Below, piece by piece: positions 56,819 to 64,000 of a stretch of 64,000 bases of DNA. The translations under genes and the position numbers were made by a program. Positions within the stretch are counted from its first letter, which is position 1. Each line of letters begins with the position of its first letter. The notes beneath the pieces are model-generated. The model was given only the letters and a program-made list of their open reading frames with translations. It made no database searches and was not told the DNA's origin. Origin of the DNA: an uncultured Pseudomonadota bacterium (GTDB lineage Bacteria > Oederibacteriota > Muellerivitia > Muellerivitales > Muellerivitaceae); NCBI GenBank assembly GCA_963770835.1, contig CAVYRH010000005.1, positions 1-64,000 on the forward strand, written 5' to 3'.

Positions 56819-58358
56819 AGTTTCAGCCGCAGCCCTCTTGGCTTTTTTCTTGGCCTTTTCCATGGGATACGCGGCTTTTGACAAGGGCGGGGTTTCCGGT
56901 GACGGAGCCAGGCCCTTGGGTATGGGGGGGGCATTTGCCTCCATTGCGGATTCGGGTGATGCGATTTTTTACAATCCGGCCGGTTTGGTCCAGATCCTGA
57001 GGCCCGAGATATCCGGAATGGGAGCGGTTATCCTCAATGGCAAAGAGGATTTATTCGATCTGGCTTATGTCCAACCCTTTGGTGACCAAATGGCATGGGC
57101 TCTTTCCACCCAACAACTTCTCTTTACGGATGGCTCTGAGAACGAGAGGATCTATTTGGGAACATTTGCTGCCCCCTTGGCTATTGATAAATCCATTTCT
57201 TTTGGCTTGAACGTCAAATTGTACGGAGTGGATTCAGCCAGCCAGCCGGGTCAACAGGCAAGCGGACTGGGTATGGACATGGGCTTCCTCTATCATCTAC
57301 CCATTCTTGACCCCCGCTACGGAAAACAGATTAATATCGGGCTTTGCGCTCAGGATTTGGATACTACCATCAGGTATCAAGCTGGAAACGAAGACCCCGT
57401 GGCCTTAAGCGTTAAGGGCGGTGCCAGTTACGAATTCACCGATGATTTGGTCACAGCCTTCGAATTCGAAAGCATCAACGACCCTAATTTAGGCGACCAC
57501 ACCTTGCTTCATGCCGGTATTGAAGGATGGTTTTTTGAGGACCACTTGGGTTTAAGGACAGGTTACAGCGATTTCATGACATTGCCGGGACAGTTTACAG
57601 CGGGCATTAGTTACCGTTCCAACACCTGGGGCATTGATTACGCCTATATCGGCCATCCCCAATATTTGGGTTCCTCCCACAGAATTTCGGCTAGCTGGAG
57701 ATTCGGCGAATCATTCCTGGGTAAAGTGAAAAGCTTCATTCCGGAAGGCGTCAACGCTTATGTACAAGGTGATATTATCACCTTGAAATGGAATAGCTCC
57801 CCCTCGATTTCCTTGGCGGGCTATAACGTTTATTTCAGTAAAACATCCGGTGGCGGATACGTTAAGATCAATCAACAACCCATTAAGGCGAATTATTACT
57901 CCCTGCGGGGATTAGAAAAAAATACTCATTATTATTTTGTCGTGAGCTCGGTCACTAACACTATTCCACCAGTGGAAAGCCAATATTCTCGAGAGGTCCT
58001 CGCCGGAACCACTTCGGCTCCGGGTGCCCCGGTTGTAGTCCAAAGCGAAATCCAGAATGAGGGTGTTATTGACATCGGCAAACAAGCAGGGCTAGCAGGG
58101 TGGCCTGATCCGGCAAAGAACGGTTTGAAGGGATACAATATTTATATTTCGGAAGTTTCGGGCGGGCGGTTTGATAAGGTGAATCCACAGCCTATCGCCA
58201 ATGTCCCGACCTATCTTGTCCGGAAACTCAAGGTTGGACAGAGATATTACTTTAGTTTCACAAGCGTCGGAACCGATGGAACGGAAAGTGCCCATACGAA
58301 AGAATTGAACTTTGTGGCCCTCCCCTATAGTGCGGTGCTGTCAGGAAATGGCCATTAA
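56808..58358 (+). CDS. PorV/FadL-like outer-membrane beta-barrel with two C-terminal fibronectin-III-like domains
   Basis: Signal peptide; GARPLGMGGAFASIADSGDAIFYNPAGL; GMDMGFLY, GIEGWF, LRTGY, IDYAY...LGSSHRISASWRF; two GYN(V/I)Y.S..SGG...L....YYF Fn3 modules. Confidence 0.8.
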   Translation: MFNKVSAAALLAFFLAFSMGYAAFDKGGVSGDGARPLGMGGAFASIADSGDAIFYNPAGLVQILRPEISGMGAVILNGKEDLFDLAYVQPFGDQMAWALSTQQLLFTDGSENERIYLGTFAAPLAIDKSISFGLNVKLYGVDSASQPGQQASGLGMDMGFLYHLPILDPRYGKQINIGLCAQDLDTTIRYQAGNEDPVALSVKGGASYEFTDDLVTAFEFESINDPNLGDHTLLHAGIEGWFFEDHLGLRTGYSDFMTLPGQFTAGISYRSNTWGIDYAYIGHPQYLGSSHRISASWRFGESFLGKVKSFIPEGVNAYVQGDIITLKWNSSPSISLAGYNVYFSKTSGGGYVKINQQPIKANYYSLRGLEKNTHYYFVVSSVTNTIPPVESQYSREVLAGTTSAPGAPVVVQSEIQNEGVIDIGKQAGLAGWPDPAKNGLKGYNIYISEVSGGRFDKVNPQPIANVPTYLVRKLKVGQRYYFSFTSVGTDGTESAHTKELNFVALPYSAVLSGNGH

Positions 58359-58378
58359 TCGAATAGGAGGAGCAGGGT

Positions 58379-59173
58379 ATGCCTAGTGGGCTTTACATAG
58401 CAGCGTCGGGAATGGACGCCACTTTGATGCGGCAAGATGTTATCGCAAATAACCTTGCGAACGTAAATACCATCGGCTTTAAACAAAACCGCGCCGTGGA
58501 AATTGCTTTTCCCACGTATCTCATTGCCCGCCTGCACGACCAACGGATGAGTGTCATGGATGGGACGGCTGAAATCCGGCCAAATATTGGGGTTATGGGT
58601 GGGGGCGTCATCCCCCAGGAGATCGCCACCGATTATTCGCAGGGAGCCCATATGGACACAAAAAATCCACTGGATTTTGCATTAAACGGTCCCGGGTTCT
58701 TTTCTGTTTTGAGTCCTGAGGGGAAGACCTTTCTTACCCGTGACGGGAATTTCAGTTTGGACGCCAATGGGCGTCTGGTCACCAAAGAAGGACTCCCGGT
58801 TTTGGGCCATAACGGTGAAATATACATTGATGGAAACCAAGTTTCGGTTGATGCGGAAGGGAATATCAGCGTGGATGGGAAGGCCCTGGATCAATTACTA
58901 GTGGTCAAAGTACAGGATGAGGGAAAACTTACGAAGATGGGCTATTCATTATTTGCGGCCGACCCCACGAATAAAATTGATATGTCGCCGGATGATATCC
59001 GGGTTGAGCAGGGAACCCTGGAGCAGTCCAATGTCGATTCCATTCGGGAAATGGTAAACATGATCGATACTTACCGCTCTTACGAGCTTAATTCAAGGGT
59101 CATTTCCTCTTATGATGACATGATGAACCTGGCGGCGACCACGATTGGGACGTTGCAGCCGACGACGGCTTGA
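58379..59173 (+). CDS. flgF: Flagellar rod protein FlgF (FlgF/FlgG family)
   Basis: GLYIAASGM; ANNLANVNT.GFK; TRDGNF; LEQSNVD; AGGAGG RBS. Confidence 0.88.
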   Translation: MPSGLYIAASGMDATLMRQDVIANNLANVNTIGFKQNRAVEIAFPTYLIARLHDQRMSVMDGTAEIRPNIGVMGGGVIPQEIATDYSQGAHMDTKNPLDFALNGPGFFSVLSPEGKTFLTRDGNFSLDANGRLVTKEGLPVLGHNGEIYIDGNQVSVDAEGNISVDGKALDQLLVVKVQDEGKLTKMGYSLFAADPTNKIDMSPDDIRVEQGTLEQSNVDSIREMVNMIDTYRSYELNSRVISSYDDMMNLAATTIGTLQPTTA

Positions 59174-59247
59174 TAAATGAGACAGGGCTGAAATTGGCGT
59201 GAGGAGGATTTGGGAAGAGTAGAAATTGAAAAGTTTGTAAGTGAAGT

Positions 59248-59343
59248 CAACGGCCGGACTGCATTGCGGAGGCCGTTGCCGCCGCTGAATGACCGAAGCG
59301 GCGGAAAAATCGAAAGAGGTGCGATGCCGTACCTCGTTTTCGA
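59248..59343 (+). promoter_or_regulatory. Three consecutive stem-loops in the flgG leader (candidate structured RNA element)
   Basis: CAACGGCC/GGCCGTTG, CCGCCGCT/AGCGGCGG, TCGAAA-GAGGTGCG/CGTACCTC-TTTCGA; ends 7 nt before the GGAGG RBS. Confidence 0.5.
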
Positions 59344-59360
59344 ATCTTGAGGAGGCTTTT

Positions 59361-60155
59361 ATGCAGTCTTTGTACACAGCGGCCACTGGAATGTCCGCCC
59401 AACAGTTGAACATTGATACGATCTCTAACAACTTGGCGAACGTCAGCACCAGCGGCTTCAAAGCCCAAAGGGTGGATTTTCAGGACCTTATGTATCTCAA
59501 CTTGAAACCGGCGGGAACCCCGACTTCTCCCGAAACCAACACGCCGATAGGTCTTCAAATTGGCGAAGGAGTCAAACCGGTCAATACCCAGAGGATTTTC
59601 ACCGAAGGGGCAATCCAAAATACGAATAATCCGCTGGATATTCTCATCGAAGGAAACAGCGGCTTTTTTCAAGTGACGCTGCCCAACGGCCAAACGGCTT
59701 ACACCCGGGATGGTTCCTTCCAAATGGATGGAAATGGCAACATTGTGACGTCAGACGGTTACTTTTTGGAGCCACCCGTTCAAGTCCCAGCGCAAACCAC
59801 TCAAATCCAAATCACTCCCGCTGGCCAGATTATGGTTCAAGTTGCCGGTTCCCCCCAGCAAACCCAGATAGGCCAGATTGAATTGACCAATTTCGTGAAT
59901 CCTGCCGGCTTAGAGGCGATGGGTCACAATCTCTTCGTGCAAACGGCAGCCTCGGGTGATCCGATCCAAGGGACTCCGGGTTCTGTCGGCTTTTCCAATA
60001 TTCAACAGGGCTCCTTGGAATCTTCCAATGTCGATGTGGTCACGGAAATGGTGAATTTGATTGTGGCCCAAAGAGCGTATGAAATGAACTCTAAAGCCGT
60101 TTCAACGTCGGACGATATGATGTCGATCTTGGCTAATATGAAGCAATTCCCGTGA
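59361..60155 (+). CDS. flgG: Distal rod protein FlgG
   Basis: SLYTAATGMSAQQ...NNLANVST.GFK; FQDLMY; YTRDGSF; AQRAYEMNSK; GGAGG RBS before ATG 59361. Confidence 0.96.
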   Translation: MQSLYTAATGMSAQQLNIDTISNNLANVSTSGFKAQRVDFQDLMYLNLKPAGTPTSPETNTPIGLQIGEGVKPVNTQRIFTEGAIQNTNNPLDILIEGNSGFFQVTLPNGQTAYTRDGSFQMDGNGNIVTSDGYFLEPPVQVPAQTTQIQITPAGQIMVQVAGSPQQTQIGQIELTNFVNPAGLEAMGHNLFVQTAASGDPIQGTPGSVGFSNIQQGSLESSNVDVVTEMVNLIVAQRAYEMNSKAVSTSDDMMSILANMKQFP

Positions 60156-60171
60156 AATCCATCGTCGCTTG

Positions 60172-61173
60172 ATGAAACGGTTTTTTACATTTTGGAGTTT
60201 TTGTTTTCTGGGGTTGGCCCCGCAAATCGCCCTGGCGGCCGAAGGAGTGGTAATTCAGCTTCCAGAAAAGGCAACGGTGGTTGGTCCCGAAATAAACCTC
60301 GGCCAAATCGCCGAGGTTATTACCGACGATAAGGCCATGGCGGACCGGTTGCGTCGGTTAACTTTGGGCAGGGCTGCCCCTGCTGGCGCTACGGTCAAAT
60401 TAACATTGAGTTACCTCAAAGTAGCCTTGCGGCGTGAGGGATACACTCTTCAAGAATTTTCTTTTGGAGGCGCCGAAACAGTCGAAGTCCTGACCCAAAG
60501 CCAATCCTTCGATCCTTCGGGGTTGTTGCCGCAAGTCAAGGCCTTTATTTTGAGCCAGACCGGGGAAACATCCGAAAATGTTGACGTAAAGTCCGAAGGC
60601 ACGGGAAAAAAGCTGCTTTTGCCGGCAGGCGAAGTGACGGCGAAATTCAGGCCTTCTTTCACTGGCCAGTATGAGGGATCGGTTTTCCTGACGGCGGAGT
60701 TGGAAGTGGACGGCCGTTTGGTGCGGGTGCTGCCGGTTCGGGCTACGGTTGAAATTTATCATCCGGCCGTTACGGTTTTGAGGAAATTGGACAAAGGCGA
60801 AAAATTCACCCGGGAAAATGTTGCTTTAGTTCGGACACCAAGCTCCAAAATGATCAATGGTTGTTTCCGCCAGTTAAGCAATGTTTTAGGGCGCACGGCA
60901 TCAATGCCACTGGCTCCCGGAACGGTAGTCCGGGTCAACGAACTTTATGACCCACCGGCAATTTCACATGGCCAAGTCGTCCAGGGTATTATCGAAAAAG
61001 GAAACATCGAGCTCTCGGTGCAGGTGAGGGCTGTTGAGGACGGGAAGGCAGGGGACTCGATTCGGGTTGAAAACACCGATTCCCACAAGGTGCTTCGCGG
61101 AAAGGTTTTGGACGAGAAGACAGTTCTCCTGGAGCCGGAGGGCACGGAGCAAAAGATGGAGGTAGCACCATGA
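60172..61173 (+). CDS. flgA: P-ring formation chaperone FlgA
   Basis: Signal peptide; I.LG.IA; C-terminal SAF-like domain A.EDG..GD.IRV.N.DS.KVL.GKV. Confidence 0.88.
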   Translation: MKRFFTFWSFCFLGLAPQIALAAEGVVIQLPEKATVVGPEINLGQIAEVITDDKAMADRLRRLTLGRAAPAGATVKLTLSYLKVALRREGYTLQEFSFGGAETVEVLTQSQSFDPSGLLPQVKAFILSQTGETSENVDVKSEGTGKKLLLPAGEVTAKFRPSFTGQYEGSVFLTAELEVDGRLVRVLPVRATVEIYHPAVTVLRKLDKGEKFTRENVALVRTPSSKMINGCFRQLSNVLGRTASMPLAPGTVVRVNELYDPPAISHGQVVQGIIEKGNIELSVQVRAVEDGKAGDSIRVENTDSHKVLRGKVLDEKTVLLEPEGTEQKMEVAP

Positions 61174-61790
61174 AACTTAAGTTCCTTTTTGCATTGATTG
61201 GCCTCATGGTTTTAATGGCCGATCAAATACTATTGGCGGATTCTTTGTATCCCGTTGAGGGGACAAATTCGCTTTACACTGAAAAAAGGGCGCGAAGGGT
61301 TGGAGATGTCATCACCGTGATGATTGAAGAAACCAACCAAGCGGTTAATTCAGCTAGCAGCCAAGACCAAAAGGCTTCCGGTTTGGCGGTTGGGGCGGGC
61401 ACGGGCTTTTTGGGGGCCGGGGTCTATGGGAACAGCGTTCTTAGCAATGTCCCCAACCAAATCGGAGTTGGCGCCAGCACCGCTCATCAGGGACAGGGTT
61501 CTTCTAGCCGGGCTTCTACCATAACAGGTCAAATGACCGCTAAAATTATTTCGATTTTACCTAGTGGAAATTATTTGATTCAAGGTTCACGGTACGTGGA
61601 AGTGAATGACGAGAAACAAACCATCGAAGTCACGGGTGAAATCCGGCCGGATGACATTTCGAGTGACAATATTGTTTTATCATCCCGCGTGGCTGAGGCC
61701 AAGATCAAATTCACCGGCGTAGGGCCTGCTTCTGAAACGGCCAAGCCGGGTTTATTAACCCGGGTTTTAGGTTGGCTAGGTCTTTTTTAA
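61170..61790 (+). CDS. flgH: L-ring protein FlgH
   Basis: LY...RARRVGDVITV.IEE; LP.GN..I.G; G.IRPDDI...N.V.SSRVAEA.I; PG.L.R. Confidence 0.92.
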   Translation: MKLKFLFALIGLMVLMADQILLADSLYPVEGTNSLYTEKRARRVGDVITVMIEETNQAVNSASSQDQKASGLAVGAGTGFLGAGVYGNSVLSNVPNQIGVGASTAHQGQGSSSRASTITGQMTAKIISILPSGNYLIQGSRYVEVNDEKQTIEVTGEIRPDDISSDNIVLSSRVAEAKIKFTGVGPASETAKPGLLTRVLGWLGLF

Positions 61791-61807
61791 CAGCCTAAGG
61801 AGTTGCA

Positions 61808-62983
61808 ATGATGAAAAAAAACTTTAAAATTTTGTCTGTTTTGTTGGCCTGTATTTTTCTTTTGGCGGGCGCCACAGAAGCAGCGCAAGTTCGCTTGAAA
61901 ACTATCGCCCAAATAAAAGGAGTCCGGGAAAATCAATTGATCGGATATGGTTTGGTCGTGGGGTTGAACAGGACAGGTGATACCCAGCGGGTACTTTCCA
62001 CACTTCAAAGCGTCACTAACATGTTGTTACAGTTTGGAGTTAAAATAACACCGGACCAAGCCAATTATATGCAGCTCAATCCTTATAGTGTGCAGAGCAA
62101 TTCTAACATAGTCCAAAACGTGACCAAAAACGTTGCGGCGGTTATGGTCACGGCCCAATTTCCTCCCCTTTTGAAATCCGGTGACAAGATCGATGTTACC
62201 GTTTCCTCCATCGGGGATGCCCGCAGTCTTCAAGGTGGGAATCTGTTGATGACACCCCTTCAGGGCCCGGATGGCCAGGTCTACGCCGTAGCCCAGGGTC
62301 CTCTGGCTGTTGGCGGATTCTCGGATAACACCGGAGAATTCCCCTTGATTCAAACGAGTCAGACGACGGTGGGCCGTGTTCCCAACGGCGCTTTGGTGGA
62401 AAAAGAAGTGCCTTCCACGTTCGTCGACAACAACACTATTTCCGTCCTCCTGGATCACCCCGATTTCGGCCAGGCTTCCTTGGTAACCCAGGCATTGAAC
62501 CAACAATTCGGGGAGCAGGTGGCGAAGGCGGTGGATGGCGGCCAAATCGACGTTAAGGTTCCCTTCAATTACCAGGATAACGTGGTGGATTTCCTCGGCG
62601 CCATAGAAGACACACAAGTTATGACCGATTCACCGGCCAACCAGGTTGTCATTAATGAACGGACAGGAACGGTCGTCTTGGGACAAGACGTCCGCATCGA
62701 CGCAGTGGCCATTGCTCATGGCAACTTGCGCTTGGTCATTAAAAAGACCACCCAAATTACCCACGATGCCGTTTTTGGACATGACGAATTGACGCATACG
62801 ACCACTGTTTCGGCAGAGGACACAGGTAAATTGGGCAACCTGGTTGTTTTGCCCGAAGGGGCTACGATGATGGATGTGGTGACAGCCATCAATGCGGTGG
62901 GCGCCACTCCGCGAGACCTTATTTCAATTCTTCAAGCAGTCAAGGCGGCTGGAGCTTTGCATGCCGAGTTGACCATCATTTGA
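61808..62983 (+). CDS. flgI: P-ring protein FlgI
   Basis: GVRENQLIGYGLVVGL..TGD; KNVAAVMVTA; GDARSLQGG; NERTGTVV; AGALHAEL. Confidence 0.96.
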   Translation: MMKKNFKILSVLLACIFLLAGATEAAQVRLKTIAQIKGVRENQLIGYGLVVGLNRTGDTQRVLSTLQSVTNMLLQFGVKITPDQANYMQLNPYSVQSNSNIVQNVTKNVAAVMVTAQFPPLLKSGDKIDVTVSSIGDARSLQGGNLLMTPLQGPDGQVYAVAQGPLAVGGFSDNTGEFPLIQTSQTTVGRVPNGALVEKEVPSTFVDNNTISVLLDHPDFGQASLVTQALNQQFGEQVAKAVDGGQIDVKVPFNYQDNVVDFLGAIEDTQVMTDSPANQVVINERTGTVVLGQDVRIDAVAIAHGNLRLVIKKTTQITHDAVFGHDELTHTTTVSAEDTGKLGNLVVLPEGATMMDVVTAINAVGATPRDLISILQAVKAAGALHAELTII

Positions 62984-63002
62984 TCATCGGGGGACGGTTT
63001 AG

Positions 63003-63473
63003 TTGAATATTTCAACCCAGCCAATTTCTTTAACGCCCATGGATCTCTTTGGATCCTCCAAGCCCTTTCCCATCAATGAATTGGGAACCGCCTTTGCCTT
63101 GCAACCATCACTGGCTTCGAAAGCGGCCAGTCAAGTCGTTCTCGGACCCGCCGGGTTAAATCATCTTAATAAAAGCCTCTCCCCATCGGCTTTGAACCCT
63201 TTATCAGGGTCACCGAGTCATTCGGATGCCGAGCTGAAAACCGTCTCTCAAAACTTCGAGTCTATTTTTATGCAGATGTTGATGAAAGAAATGAGGAATT
63301 CCGTCCAAAAATCCAACTTGTTGGGTAATTCCAAGGGCATGGAATTCTTTGAGAGCATGTATGACGAACAATTGACGCAGAAATTGGCCTCTTCGGGCGG
63401 TATGGGCCTGGGCCGAATGATTTATGAAAGGCTTAAGGAAGTTACTCAGCCCCACCAAAAAAGCTTCTCGTGA
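63003..63473 (+). CDS. flgJ: Rod-binding-domain-only FlgJ
   Basis: FESIFMQMLMKEMR...F..MYDEQL...L...GGMGL..MIY; no muramidase domain. Confidence 0.85.
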   Translation: MNISTQPISLTPMDLFGSSKPFPINELGTAFALQPSLASKAASQVVLGPAGLNHLNKSLSPSALNPLSGSPSHSDAELKTVSQNFESIFMQMLMKEMRNSVQKSNLLGNSKGMEFFESMYDEQLTQKLASSGGMGLGRMIYERLKEVTQPHQKSFS

Positions 63474-63895
63474 GCCTTGCCAATTGTTCCCGTTGCGGTA
63501 AGGTTTTTCCCCTCGTGCCCGGGGGAAGAGACTTATGTCAAGCTTGTATCAAAGAAGAAGACAATAATTACCTCAAAATCTTCCATTATCTTTCAACCCG
63601 CCCAAGCGCCACGGCCCAGGAAATCGCCCAAACCACTGAAGTCGACATCAAAGAAATCTACCGTTATGTCCGGGAAAACCGCCTCCGGTTGGTTCAAGCC
63701 GACACGGGCCTCCGCTGCGAGAGCTGTGGAATTCCTATTTCACAAGGTAAAATTTGCGAAAATTGCATGAAAACCCTTTCCGAAGAAATCAAAAACGATA
63801 TCGAAAAGTTTAAACAAAACAGGCCAAAAGAGCCTCCGGTCAATGAGGTTCGGGACCCCAAATACCTTAAAGAAAGGCGTGGAAAGCCGAAATAA
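63470..63895 (+). CDS. YvyF-like flagellar operon Zn-ribbon/HTH protein
   Basis: LANCSRCGKVF...C..C..EE; EI...T.V....I..YVRE.RL; CESCG.PI..GK.C..C. Confidence 0.8.
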   Translation: MSLANCSRCGKVFPLVPGGRDLCQACIKEEDNNYLKIFHYLSTRPSATAQEIAQTTEVDIKEIYRYVRENRLRLVQADTGLRCESCGIPISQGKICENCMKTLSEEIKNDIEKFKQNRPKEPPVNEVRDPKYLKERRGKPK

Positions 63896-63973
63896 GGCTG
63901 AAAATTAGCCGTTTTTGATAGTTTTGTTGCACAAGCTTTTCCCCTGAAAATTGGTTTTTTTAAACCTCTCCCC

Positions 63974-64000
63974 TCAAGTTTTACCCCCTTTAACCGTTAG
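63974..64000 (+). promoter_or_regulatory. Candidate sigma28 promoter
   Basis: TCAAGTTT-N11-ACCGTTAG versus the consensus TAAAGTTT-N11-GCCGATAA; located after yvyF, where flgM usually follows. Confidence 0.5.

Noticed and set aside
1..64000. tRNA, rRNA, transposase/integrase or phage genes
   Set aside because: None recognised; nearly all sequence is explained by the listed CDSs and short spacers.

Overview
Bacterial chromosomal window from a diderm, flagellated organism. No rRNA, tRNA, CRISPR array or mobile element was recognised. (1) 1-16.5 kb is a cluster of five large secreted modular proteins: two GH8, one GH116, and two DUF11/Ig-type proteins. All carry long Thr/Pro/Ser stalks and end in a C-terminal domain resembling the type IX secretion (T9SS) type-A sorting domain / FlgD-Ig fold. 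One GH8 is broken by two single-base deletions. (2) 16.6-30.3 kb is housekeeping: an oxidoreductase, an HExxH metallopeptidase-like protein, three tandem WCGPC thioredoxins with different targeting signals, secD/secF, yggS-proC-yggT-DUF167-PNP-mtnA-thioesterase, a 34-aa bS22/COX24-like basic protein missed by the ORF track, a membrane GAF-GAF-GGDEF cyclase and a MerR-type HTH protein. (3) 30.4-64 kb is one long flagellar cluster (flgB through fliA, fapA, flgF/G/A/H/I/J, yvyF-like) in Firmicute/spirochaete-like order but with P/L-ring genes. Two PorV/FadL-like outer-membrane barrel genes with Ig/Fn3 extensions sit inside this cluster. The main candidate novelty is a T9SS-like C-terminal sorting and surface-display system for stalked glycoside hydrolases, with PorV-like barrels, in a flagellated and apparently non-Bacteroidota-type organism. 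All calls come from motif recognition by eye; no searches were run.
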